This document shows, piece after piece, positions 19,081 through 28,353 of a stretch of 47,259 nucleotides of DNA. The DNA is from Candidatus Polarisedimenticolia bacterium (lineage in GTDB: Bacteria; Acidobacteriota; Polarisedimenticolia; Gp22-AA2): assembly GCA_041580375.1 (NCBI GenBank), contig JBFGDZ010000002.1:1-47259 (forward strand), given 5' to 3'. Every line of letters begins with the position of its first letter. Within the stretch, counting starts at the first letter, position 1. The translations under genes and the position numbers were made by a program. The notes under the pieces were generated by a model. It did no database searches, was not told the DNA's origin, and saw only the letters and a list, made by a program, of their open reading frames with translations.

Positions 19081-20836
19081 GGTGCAATACGGCGGAGTGT
19101 CCGATCCGGAGGCCAGGGTGCGCCGGATGGCGGACGTCCTCGCGCCGCGGGGACCCGACGCCGCCGGCTCGTTCCGGCAGAACGGAACCGTCCTGGCGCA
19201 CCGGCGCCTGAAGATCATCGACCTCACCGAACGGGCCCAGCAGCCGATGATCGACAATCACCTGGGTCTGGGGATCGTCTACAACGGCACAGTCTACAAC
19301 TACCCCGCGCTGCGCGCCGATCTCGAGGCGCGCGGCTACCGGTTCTTCTCGAGCGGCGACACCGAGGTCGTGCTGAAGGCGTATCACGCGTGGGGCGACG
19401 CCTGCGTGGAGCGCTTCAACGGGATGTTCGCGTTCGCCGTCTGGCACCGGGACAGCGGCGCGATCGTTCTGGCGCGGGACCGGCTCGGGATCAAGCCTCT
19501 CTACTACGCCGAGCGTCCGGGCAGCTTCCGCTTCGCCTCGTCGCTGCCGGCGCTGCTGGCGGGGGGCGATGTGGACACGGAGATCGATCCCGTCGCCCTG
19601 CACCACTACATGACGTTTCATTCGATCGTTCCCCCGCCCCGCACCATGCTCAAGGGCGTGCGCAAGCTCGCCCCGGCGACCGTGATGACGATCCAGCCGG
19701 ACGGCACGCGCCGGGAGCGGGTCTACTGGGATCTGCCCTTCGGGGCCGGTGAGGGAGAGCGCGCACGCGACACGAGCGAGTGGGCGAGCGAGCTCAGGCG
19801 GCACCTCCAGAATGCGGTCGAGCGCCGGCTCGTCGCCGACGTTCCTGTCGGCGTGCTCCTCTCCGGGGGGCTCGATTCCAGCCTGCTGGTGGGCCTCCTG
19901 GCGCACGCCGGCCAGCGCGGTCTCAACACCTTCTCCATCGGGTTCGAGAGCCTCAACGGCGAGGAGGGGGACGAGTTTCGCTATTCCGACGTGGTGGCGG
20001 AACGGTTCGGAACGGCGCATCACCGGATCCGGGTGCCGTCGGATCGCGTGCTCGATTCGCTCGAGTCGTGCGTGCGCGCCATGAGCGAGCCGATGGTCAG
20101 CCACGATTGCATCGGGTTCTATCTGTTGAGCCGGGAGGTGTCGCGCCACATGCGCGTGGTTCAAAGCGGACAGGGCGCGGACGAGATCTTCGCGGGCTAC
20201 CACTGGTACCCGCCGCTCCTCGACAGCCCGGACGCCACGACGGACTACGCCCGCCTCTTCTTCGATCGCCCGCATGACGAGCTATTGAGCGCCATCGATC
20301 CGGCCCACCGCGGACGCGATCACAGCACGGCGTTCCTCACCGAGCACTTCGCCCGCCCCGGCGCCGCCGCGCCCGTGGACAGGGCGCTCCGGATCGACGC
20401 GACCGTGATGATGGACGATCCGGTGAAGCGGGTGGACAACATGACGATGGCGTGGGGCCTGGAGGCGCGCGTCCCGTTTCTCGATCACGAGCTGGTGGAG
20501 TTCGCCGCGCGCGTGCCCCCCGGACTGAAGATCCGATCGGGTGGCAAGCACATCCTGAAGCAGGTCGCGCGGGAGGTGATCCCCGCCGAGGTCATCGATC
20601 GTCCGAAGGGATACTTTCCGGTGCCCGCCCTCAAGTACCTCCGGGGCGCGTACCTCGAGAGGGTCCGGTCGATCCTCGAGGAGCCGGCGGCGCGGCGTCG
20701 CGGGCTCTTCGACTCCGGATACGTGCGGGCGCTCCTGTCGCGGCCCGAGGAGCATCTGACGCCGCTGCGCGGATCCAAACTCTGGCAGATCGCCCTGCTG
20801 GAATACTGGTTGCAGGTGCATGAGGTGGGACCATGA
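19061..20836 (+). CDS. asnO: N-acetylglutaminylglutamine amidotransferase (class II glutamine amidotransferase)
   Basis: N-terminal [60 protein letters not shown]; directly upstream of ngg. Confidence 0.92.
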   Translation: MCGICGEVQYGGVSDPEARVRRMADVLAPRGPDAAGSFRQNGTVLAHRRLKIIDLTERAQQPMIDNHLGLGIVYNGTVYNYPALRADLEARGYRFFSSGDTEVVLKAYHAWGDACVERFNGMFAFAVWHRDSGAIVLARDRLGIKPLYYAERPGSFRFASSLPALLAGGDVDTEIDPVALHHYMTFHSIVPPPRTMLKGVRKLAPATVMTIQPDGTRRERVYWDLPFGAGEGERARDTSEWASELRRHLQNAVERRLVADVPVGVLLSGGLDSSLLVGLLAHAGQRGLNTFSIGFESLNGEEGDEFRYSDVVAERFGTAHHRIRVPSDRVLDSLESCVRAMSEPMVSHDCIGFYLLSREVSRHMRVVQSGQGADEIFAGYHWYPPLLDSPDATTDYARLFFDRPHDELLSAIDPAHRGRDHSTAFLTEHFARPGAAAPVDRALRIDATVMMDDPVKRVDNMTMAWGLEARVPFLDHELVEFAARVPPGLKIRSGGKHILKQVAREVIPAEVIDRPKGYFPVPALKYLRGAYLERVRSILEEPAARRRGLFDSGYVRALLSRPEEHLTPLRGSKLWQIALLEYWLQVHEVGP

Positions 20837-22593
20837 AGGGACGCATCCTGGCGAAACGGGCGGAGAAGAGCCGGCGGTGGGATCGTGGCGGGGGCCTGAC
20901 CCTGCGCAGCTGGGAGAAGCCGAGCGGCCCGGCCGCCGGCCGGATGAGCTCCGACGTGATCATCGACATGGGCTGGGGACGCCTGATCCTGGGCCACACG
21001 TTTCTCTCCGAGCAGAAGCTGGCGGACGCGCTCTGCGAGGAGAAGCCGGGCCAGCGCGACATCGCGTTCTACCTGCGCGATCCGCACGTCGTGCTCTCCC
21101 TCGCGCCGCAGAGGCTGTTCCTGGACCCCTCCCACACGTACCGTCTGCTGCGCCATTCCTATCGTCCCCGGGCGCGTCCGTTCCGCGGTTTCCTCGTGCG
21201 GCGGCTCCGCTCCATCCGGGACGCCGAGGAGACCAACCGTATCTACGCCGAGCGGGGGATGGTGACCTGCGATCCGGAATTTCTCCTCTCCAAGCACACG
21301 CTGAAGAGCCGGACCTACCTGATCGCGGAGTCCGAACACGACGGCCGGGTCGTCGGCACCGTAACGGGCCTGGATCACCTGGAGGCGTTCCAGGACTCGG
21401 AGGGCGGCGCCAGTCTCTGGTGCCTGGCCGTCGACCCCCAGGGCGACCTTCCGGGAGTGGGGGAAGCGCTGGTGCGCCACCTGGTGGAGCATTACTTCGC
21501 GCGCGGCCGCAACTACGTCGATCTCTCCGTTCTGCACGACAACCGCGAGGCGATCCGCCTGTACCGGAAGCTGGGCTTCCAGAGAGTTCCCGTCTTCTGC
21601 ATCAAGCACAAGAATCCGATCAACGAGCCCCTGTTCGTGCCGAAGCGCGCCGACGAGAAGCTCAACCCCTACGCCCGGATCATCGTCAAAGAGGCGCGGC
21701 GCCGCGGCATCGACGTGGAGGTCATCGACGGCGAATCGGGATATTTCGTCCTGCGCATGGGAGGGCGCGCCGTCACCTGCCGCGAGTCGCTCACCGACCT
21801 GACCTCCGCCATCGCGATGAGCCGCTGCGACGACAAGCGCCTCACGATCCGCGTGCTCAGGTCGGCCGGCCTCAGCGTGCCGGCGCAGCGGCCGGCGGCG
21901 GATCCGGAGACCAACGCGAAGTTCGTCGAGGACCACGGCCGCGTGGTCGTCAAACCGGCGCGCGGCGAGCAGGGCATGGGCGTCAGCGTGGATCTGCACT
22001 ACCCGGCGGAGGTGGAAGAGGCCGTGGCGGCCGCGAAGGAGATCCACCCCGAGGTGATCCTCGAGGAGTACGTCGAGGGGGAGGATCTCAGGGTCATCGT
22101 CATCGACGACGAGGTGGTCGCCGCCGCCATCCGCCGCCCCCCGCGCATCGTGGGCACGGGCCAGCACACGGTCCGTGATCTGATCGAGAAGGCCAACCGG
22201 CGCCGGGCGGCCGCCACGGGAGGCGAGAGCAGGACGCCCCTGGACCGCGAGACGGCGCGGTGCGTCTCGGCCGCGGGCTACGAAATGGACTCGGTCCTGC
22301 CGGAGGGGGAGAGCGTGACCGTCCGCAAGACCGCCAACCTGCACACGGGCGGGACGATCCACGACGTCACGCCGCGGCTGCACCCGCACCTGGCCCGCGC
22401 GGCGACGGCGGCGGCCCGGGAGCTGCAGATCCCGGTCGTCGGGCTCGATCTCATCGTGCCGGACGTCGCGGGCCCCGACTACGTCATCGTCGAGGCGAAC
22501 GAGCGGCCCGGTCTCGCCAACCACGAGCCGCAGCCGACGGCGGAGCGCTTCATCGACTTCCTGTTCCCCCAGATCGCGACCGCCGGATCCTGA
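20833..22593 (+). CDS. ngg: N-acetylglutaminylglutamine synthetase (GNAT plus ATP-grasp)
   Basis: GWGRLILGHTF, RDIAFY.RDPHV, SLWCLAVDPQ, LNPYARII..EARRRGI, VKPARGEQG, NLHTGG, EANERPGLANHEPQPTAERF; ATGA overlap with asnO. Confidence 0.93.
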   Translation: MKGRILAKRAEKSRRWDRGGGLTLRSWEKPSGPAAGRMSSDVIIDMGWGRLILGHTFLSEQKLADALCEEKPGQRDIAFYLRDPHVVLSLAPQRLFLDPSHTYRLLRHSYRPRARPFRGFLVRRLRSIRDAEETNRIYAERGMVTCDPEFLLSKHTLKSRTYLIAESEHDGRVVGTVTGLDHLEAFQDSEGGASLWCLAVDPQGDLPGVGEALVRHLVEHYFARGRNYVDLSVLHDNREAIRLYRKLGFQRVPVFCIKHKNPINEPLFVPKRADEKLNPYARIIVKEARRRGIDVEVIDGESGYFVLRMGGRAVTCRESLTDLTSAIAMSRCDDKRLTIRVLRSAGLSVPAQRPAADPETNAKFVEDHGRVVVKPARGEQGMGVSVDLHYPAEVEEAVAAAKEIHPEVILEEYVEGEDLRVIVIDDEVVAAAIRRPPRIVGTGQHTVRDLIEKANRRRAAATGGESRTPLDRETARCVSAAGYEMDSVLPEGESVTVRKTANLHTGGTIHDVTPRLHPHLARAATAAARELQIPVVGLDLIVPDVAGPDYVIVEANERPGLANHEPQPTAERFIDFLFPQIATAGS

Positions 22594-22623
22594 GCCGTCG
22601 CGCCCCGGGCGGCGACGTCCCTC

Positions 22624-23406
22624 CTACGCGGCCGGCTTGCGGTACTTGTGCACGAACCGGTGAATGTAGTACCGGTGGATCGGGGCGTCCTCCTCGCGGC
22701 CGTCGAAGTCGTAGGTGTCGTCCGGGTTGTACAGCACGTCCGATCGATCCACGAGCTGAAAACCGGCCGAGGTGATCTCCTCGATCACGAGATCCTCGTT
22801 GATGCGGTGGAACGGCTCGTCGACCCCTTTCTTCGGCGTATAGGCCTCCACCACGCCCAGAACGCCGCCCGGCTTCAGCGCGCGCATCAGGTCGGGGAGA
22901 ACCGCCGTGCGCGCGTCCCGGTCGCCCAGGTCGTGGTAGTTGCGCACCGTGATCATGACGTCGACGCTGTTGTCGGGGACGTCGGAGAGCGGCCCCACGA
23001 CCTCCACGTTCTCGAGCCGGCCGGCCTCGATGCGCTCCTTCAGGGCGCTGCGCACGCGCTCCTCGTACTCGCTCTGCAGATAGAGAGGACCGAGCACCGA
23101 CAGGACCTTCCCGCGCTCGCCCATCAGCAGGGAGAGAAGGTGCGTGTGGTAGCCGCGCCCCGGCCAGACGTCGGCCACCGTCATCCCCGGCTCGATGCCG
23201 AGGAAACCGTACACCTCGATCGGCTTGAACCCCTCGTCGCGATAGCGGTCGTCGTCGCTCCGCGATGCGTGCGCGAGGACGGCGCGATCGAGCTTGCCGG
23301 CCGCCTGGACGGCGGCCCGCCGGGTCTCCGTGCCGCCCTGGCACGCCGGCAGGGCGATCGCGACCGCGAGTGCCATCGACGGTGCGAGAAGTGATTCGAG
23401 TCTCAT
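22624..23406 (-). CDS. class I SAM-dependent methyltransferase-fold lipoprotein
   Basis: ATG 23406 with GAGGAGG SD; LPAC lipobox; GIEPGMTVADVWPGRGY, RNYHD, LKPGGVLGVV, RFVHKYRKP. Confidence 0.8.
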   Translation of the reverse strand: MRLESLLAPSMALAVAIALPACQGGTETRRAAVQAAGKLDRAVLAHASRSDDDRYRDEGFKPIEVYGFLGIEPGMTVADVWPGRGYHTHLLSLLMGERGKVLSVLGPLYLQSEYEERVRSALKERIEAGRLENVEVVGPLSDVPDNSVDVMITVRNYHDLGDRDARTAVLPDLMRALKPGGVLGVVEAYTPKKGVDEPFHRINEDLVIEEITSAGFQLVDRSDVLYNPDDTYDFDGREEDAPIHRYYIHRFVHKYRKPAA

Positions 23407-23600
23407 CGTGACCTCCTCATCGGGGATCTCCCGACGGCGGGCGGACGCGCCCGCCGGGATTTCGATCGGTGTTTCGGGAGGCACACAGGTTAGGAGTTTT
23501 TCGGCTCCCTGTCCACGGGGATCCGGCCGGCCCGCGACACATTCCGCCACCTTTTTGCTTCCCCTCATCATGCATTCGGTGTATTTTGCGTCACTCCGAC

Positions 23601-26288
23601 ATGTCGCTCGCTGCCGGTACCCAACTCGGCCCCTACGAGATCCTCGCTCCGGTCGGAGCGGGGGGTATGGGGGAGGTCTATAGCGCCCGGGACACCCGGC
23701 TCGACCGGACCGTGGCGATCAAGGTCCTGCCCGAGCACCTGTCCTCCGATCCCGACCTCAGGCAGCGCCTCGAGCGCGAGGCGCGCGCGATCTCCGGCCT
23801 CAACCATCCGCACATCTGCACCCTGCACGACATCGGCCACCAGGACGGCGTCGACTATCTCGTCATGGAGCATCTCGTGGGCGAGCCGCTGTCGGAGCGC
23901 CTCGCGCGGGGGGCTCTGCCGCCGCACGAGCTGCTGCGTCACGCGATCGAGATCGCCGACGCGCTCGACAAGGCGCACCGCCAGGGCGTCATCCATCGCG
24001 ACCTGAAACCGGCCAACATCATGCTGACCAGGTCCGGAGCGAAACTCCTCGACTTCGGCCTGGCCAAGAGCGCCGCGCCGGCCGCGGCGTCGGATCTGAG
24101 CGCGTCGCCGACGGCCACGAGCCCTCTGACCGCCGAGGGGACGATCGTGGGCACCTTCCAGTACATGGCGCCCGAGCAGATCGAGGGAAAGCCCGCCGAC
24201 GCGCGCAGCGACATCTTCGCGTTCGGCGCCGTGCTGTACGAGATGGCGACCGGCCGGCGTGCGTTCGAGGGAAGGACCCAGGCGAGCCTGATCGCGGCGA
24301 TCCTGAAGGAGGAGCCGCGCCCGATCCCGTCGGTGGCTCCGCTGACGCCGCCCGCCCTGCAGCGCCTCGTGGCGACCTGCTTGGCGAAGGACCCCGAGGA
24401 GAGGCGCCAGACGATGCACGATGTCCTGCTGGAGCTGCGCTGGATCGCCGAGGCGGGATCGCAGGCGGGCGTGCCCGTCCCGGTCGCCGCGCGCCGGCGG
24501 TCGCGCGAGCGGCTGGCGTGGGGCGCGGCCGGGGTCGCCGTCGCGCTGCTCGCCGCCGTCGCCGCGGCGTGGCTGATGACGCGGCCCGGCCCTCCGCGGG
24601 AGGCCGTCGTCCGATCGTTTCTCCTGCCTCCGGTCGATGCCGCGGCCGAGTTCGCCCTGGACGCCGTCGATTCCGGATCGCTGACCGTCTCGCCCGACGG
24701 GCGGTACGTGACGTTCGCGGCGCGGACCTCCGACGGCCGGAAGCAGCTCTGGCTGCGCCCGCTCGACGCGCTCGAGTCCCGTCCGCTGCCCGGGACGGAT
24801 GACGGGGAGCACCCCTTCTGGTCCCCGGACAGCCGGTTCATCGCGTTCTTCTCGGGCGGCAAGCTCAGGAAGATCGATCTGGCGGGATCCCCCGCCCTGG
24901 CGCTGGCCGACGCGACCAGCGGCCGCAGCGGCGCCTGGAACAAGGACGGGGTCATCCTGTTCTCGCCGACGACGCTCGACCCGATCCACCGCGTGCCTGC
25001 GGGGGGCGGCGAGGCGACGCCGGTGACCGAGATCGATCGGTCCCGCAACGAGACGACGCACCGGTGGGCGACCTTCCTGCCGGACGGCCGGCATTTCCTC
25101 TTCATGGCGGGCGGGCACGGCACGCAGTCCGACAGCGAGACGCACGCCGTCTTCGTCGCCGATCTCGAGTCGGGAGAGAAGAAACTGCTGGTGCGCGCCC
25201 GCTCCAACGCGGCGTACGCCGACGGGCACCTGCTCTACGTGCGGGGCCACGTCCTGCTGGCCCATCCGTTCGACCCGAATCGGCTCGAGTTCACGGGCGA
25301 TCCGATCCCGATCGCACAGGGGATCCAGTACGAACCGCCCTTCTTCCGCGCGGTGTTCTCGGTCTCGAACAACGGGGTCCTCGTCTACCGCTCGGGCGAG
25401 GTCGACAGCGACTCGACGCTCGTCTGGATCGATCGCGGCGGGCGTGAGATCGGATCGATCGGCGAGCCGGCGGGCTACAACGACATCAGTCTCTCCGGCG
25501 ACCAGACCCGGGCCGCCGTCTCGATCGTGGATCCCGACACGGGAACGAGCGACATCTGGCTCTACGATCTGAAGCGCGAGGTCGCCACGCGCTTCACCTT
25601 CGGCAAGCTGAGCGAGTTTCAGCCGATCTGGTCGCCCGACGGCGAGCGGATCGTGTACAGCGCGATCACGAAGATCTATCCCGATCTGTACGTCAAGCCC
25701 GCGAGCGGGGCCGGCCGCGAGGAGCCGCTCGTGGTCTCCGACTCCGCGAAGGTCGCGAGCGACTGGTCGCCCGACGGCCGGGTCATCCTGTACATGCATT
25801 TCGATCCGAAGGGAGATTCGGAGAGAGACGTCTACGCGCTGACCGTGGGGGCGGACGGGCCGCCGGTCCCCTATCTCGATACCGAGTTCGACGAGTACGA
25901 GGCGTCATTCTCCCCCGACGGGCGGTGGGTCGTTTACACGTCGGAGGAGTCCGGCAGCGCCGAGATCTACGTGACGTCCTTCCCGAAGGCGGCCGGCAAG
26001 TGGCAGATCTCCAAGGGGGGCGGCTCGAGCGCTCTGTGGAACGCGAACGGCCGGGAGATCCTGTACGCAGGACCCGGAGGAGGCCGGCTGATGTCGGTCA
26101 GCGTGCGGATCCTGGAGGACCGCATCGACATCGGCTCTCCCGTCGAGCTGTTCAGGAACGGCCGGATCCGGGAAGGGGACGTGACCCGCGACGGCCAAAG
26201 GGTGCTCGTCGCTCTCGGCGCCGAGGAGCAGGACAACTTCCCCGTCACGCTCACCACGCACTGGCCCGCCGCGCTGGCGAAGAAGTAG
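23601..26288 (+). CDS. Hanks-type Ser/Thr protein kinase with TM segment and C-terminal TolB/PD40-like beta-propeller
   Basis: GAGGMGEVY, VAIK, HRDLKPAN, DFGLAK, YMAPEQ, SDIFAFG; TM helix; repeated (W/F)SPDG motifs. Confidence 0.95.
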   Translation: MSLAAGTQLGPYEILAPVGAGGMGEVYSARDTRLDRTVAIKVLPEHLSSDPDLRQRLEREARAISGLNHPHICTLHDIGHQDGVDYLVMEHLVGEPLSERLARGALPPHELLRHAIEIADALDKAHRQGVIHRDLKPANIMLTRSGAKLLDFGLAKSAAPAAASDLSASPTATSPLTAEGTIVGTFQYMAPEQIEGKPADARSDIFAFGAVLYEMATGRRAFEGRTQASLIAAILKEEPRPIPSVAPLTPPALQRLVATCLAKDPEERRQTMHDVLLELRWIAEAGSQAGVPVPVAARRRSRERLAWGAAGVAVALLAAVAAAWLMTRPGPPREAVVRSFLLPPVDAAAEFALDAVDSGSLTVSPDGRYVTFAARTSDGRKQLWLRPLDALESRPLPGTDDGEHPFWSPDSRFIAFFSGGKLRKIDLAGSPALALADATSGRSGAWNKDGVILFSPTTLDPIHRVPAGGGEATPVTEIDRSRNETTHRWATFLPDGRHFLFMAGGHGTQSDSETHAVFVADLESGEKKLLVRARSNAAYADGHLLYVRGHVLLAHPFDPNRLEFTGDPIPIAQGIQYEPPFFRAVFSVSNNGVLVYRSGEVDSDSTLVWIDRGGREIGSIGEPAGYNDISLSGDQTRAAVSIVDPDTGTSDIWLYDLKREVATRFTFGKLSEFQPIWSPDGERIVYSAITKIYPDLYVKPASGAGREEPLVVSDSAKVASDWSPDGRVILYMHFDPKGDSERDVYALTVGADGPPVPYLDTEFDEYEASFSPDGRWVVYTSEESGSAEIYVTSFPKAAGKWQISKGGGSSALWNANGREILYAGPGGGRLMSVSVRILEDRIDIGSPVELFRNGRIREGDVTRDGQRVLVALGAEEQDNFPVTLTTHWPAALAKK

Positions 26289-26349
26289 AGCCAGCTTCCC
26301 CATCTCTTCGTCCGGAACGTCTCGAGCCACCGCCGGATGAGTCGCTTTT

Positions 26350-26378
26350 TTGCCCTCGCGCCCGGGGGCGGGTATGAT
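26350..26378 (+). promoter_or_regulatory. sigma70-type promoter
   Basis: TTGCCC-N17-TATGAT, preceded by a T-tract, upstream of the serine hydrolase. Confidence 0.55.
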
Positions 26379-26440
26379 CCCGGTCCGGCGGGCGCAGACC
26401 AGGCGGGCCGGACGCGATCCAGCTGAAAAATCGGGGGGGG

Positions 26441-28252
26441 ATGATGACGATCCGAGTGTTCCAACGCATCGGTGTGCCCGCGGCGCTCTGCCTGACGGTT
26501 CTGGCGGCCGGTTTCCAATTGCAGGCGTGCGGTGGCGGGGACGGGGGCGCCGGCGCGCGCCTCGAGAAGCGCGGCGACCGGGATCTGGCGCGCCGGCTGG
26601 ACGAGTACATGTCGCGCCTCGTCGCGTTCGACGTCTCGGGGGCGCTCGTCGTCGCGAAGGACGGCGAGGTCGTCCTGGCCCGGGGATACGGTCTGGCGGA
26701 TCGCGAGAACGAAGTGCCGTTCTCGCTGCAGACCGTCGTCACGGTCGGATCGATCACCAAGCAGTTCACGGCGGCCGCCATCCTGAAGCTGCAGGAGATG
26801 GGAAGGCTGAGCGTCGAGGACAGGATCGATCGTTTCTTTCCCGACGCCCCCGAGGACAAGAGAAGGATCACGCTCCACCACCTGCTGACGCACACGGCCG
26901 GCTTCGAGGCCGCCCTGGGCGACGACTTCGACGAGACCGCCACCCGCGATCGGGTCGTGGAGCAGGCCCTGGCCTCCGATCTGCTGCACGAGCCGGGCGG
27001 GCCGTATGTGTACTCGAACGTCGGGTACAGCCTGCTGGGCGCGATCGTCGAGATCGCCTCGGGACAGCCGTACGAGGTGTTCCTGAAGCAGCACCTCTTC
27101 GATCCCGCGGGCATGACCCGCACGGGGTATCGCCTGGCCGACTGGTCGGGGCTCGCCGTCGCGCGCGGATACGACGGGAAGGAGCCCTGGGGCACGGTCC
27201 TCGAGCGCCCCTGGATGGAGGACGGGCCGTACTGGCACCTGCGGGCGAACGGCGGGATCCACTCCACCCTCGAGGACATGTACCGGTGGCACCTGGCCCT
27301 TCTGGACGACCGCGTGCTCTCGGCGGCGTCGCGGGAGGCGATGTTCACGCCGTTCGCGGACGAGGGCGGCGGCGAGTCGCACTACGGGTACGGCTGGAGC
27401 ATCGCGCGCACGCCGCGCGGCACGACCCGCATCGCGCACAACGGCGGCAACGGCATCTTCTTCGCCGATGTCCTGCGCTTCGTGGACGAGGGCGCCGTCG
27501 TCCTCTTCGCCACCAACACGGCGCGGAGCGGCTCGGAACGGGTGAGCACGATCATCCCCGCCATCCTCTTCGGGGAGGACTATCCGGTGCCGCCGAAGGT
27601 CGCCCGCATCGACCCGGCGGGCGCCCGCCGGCTCGCGGGGTCATACGCGCTGCCGTCCGGGGACGTCGTCGAGATCGCCGCCGGCGAGAACGGCCGGCTC
27701 CGCGCCTCGGCGCGGGGCGAGGCGTTCTGCCTGATCAGCAGCGGCGAGGCGCACCGGCGCCCGGATCTCGATCGCCTGGCGGCGCGCACCGCCGGCATCC
27801 TGGGTCAGGCGATCCGGGGCACGATCGATCCGATCGAGACGGCGCTGGACAGCCGGATGCCGCGCGCGGAGCTGGAGCAGATCTTCAAGGAGCGCCGGGC
27901 CACCTGGACCGGAGAGCACGGAGAATACCGGTCCACGTCGCCGGTCGCGGCGGTGCCGGAGACGGACGACGAGGTCGTCGTCCTGGCGCGCTCCGATTTC
28001 GCGCGGGGCGCGATCCACCACCGCGTCGTCTGGGCCGGGGGGCGGATCGCCGGGGCCCGGCTGACCTTCGATCCCGCCATCGTCTTCTATCCCGAGTCGG
28101 AAAACGAGTTCTCCTCGTTCGATCTGGACCGACCGACGATCGTCCGAATCAGCTTCGAGCCCGCGGCGGACGGTGACGGCGTGCGGCTCGTCGTGCACGG
28201 GCCCTCCGGCGCGACGCGGCTGGCGAGATCGGACCGGGCCGGTCCGGGATAG
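26441..28252 (+). CDS. serine hydrolase, beta-lactamase class C/PBP-like family, lipoprotein with C-terminal extension
   Basis: SxxK (GSITKQF), LLTHTAG, YxN (YSNVGY), HNGG; LQAC lipobox-like site. Confidence 0.9.
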   Translation: MMTIRVFQRIGVPAALCLTVLAAGFQLQACGGGDGGAGARLEKRGDRDLARRLDEYMSRLVAFDVSGALVVAKDGEVVLARGYGLADRENEVPFSLQTVVTVGSITKQFTAAAILKLQEMGRLSVEDRIDRFFPDAPEDKRRITLHHLLTHTAGFEAALGDDFDETATRDRVVEQALASDLLHEPGGPYVYSNVGYSLLGAIVEIASGQPYEVFLKQHLFDPAGMTRTGYRLADWSGLAVARGYDGKEPWGTVLERPWMEDGPYWHLRANGGIHSTLEDMYRWHLALLDDRVLSAASREAMFTPFADEGGGESHYGYGWSIARTPRGTTRIAHNGGNGIFFADVLRFVDEGAVVLFATNTARSGSERVSTIIPAILFGEDYPVPPKVARIDPAGARRLAGSYALPSGDVVEIAAGENGRLRASARGEAFCLISSGEAHRRPDLDRLAARTAGILGQAIRGTIDPIETALDSRMPRAELEQIFKERRATWTGEHGEYRSTSPVAAVPETDDEVVVLARSDFARGAIHHRVVWAGGRIAGARLTFDPAIVFYPESENEFSSFDLDRPTIVRISFEPAADGDGVRLVVHGPSGATRLARSDRAGPG

Positions 28253-28353
28253 TCGGCGCGACGGGGCCGGGCGGGTATCGCTCCGCCCCCCGCGGGTGTA
28301 GACTGTCGCGGCTCCGAAAGCCCGATTCGCACGATCCTGGAGGACCGGTCTCC

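Noticed and set aside
19061-22593. Asparagine synthetase AsnB plus cyanophycin synthetase
   Set aside because: The GNAT plus ATP-grasp architecture without a Mur-ligase domain, the AsnO-type motifs and the linked M42 peptidase fit the NAGGN system.
23407-23600. Hairpins upstream of the methyltransferase (e.g. CGGCGGGCG/CGCCCGCCG) as a SAM/SAH riboswitch
   Set aside because: I could not match the conserved cores of SAM-I/II, SAH or c-di-GMP riboswitches; an Rfam scan would settle it.
26441-28252. Antibiotic-resistance beta-lactamase
   Set aside because: SxxK/YxN/HxG motifs with a long C-terminal extension fit the broad serine hydrolase/peptidase family; there is no evidence for AmpC activity.
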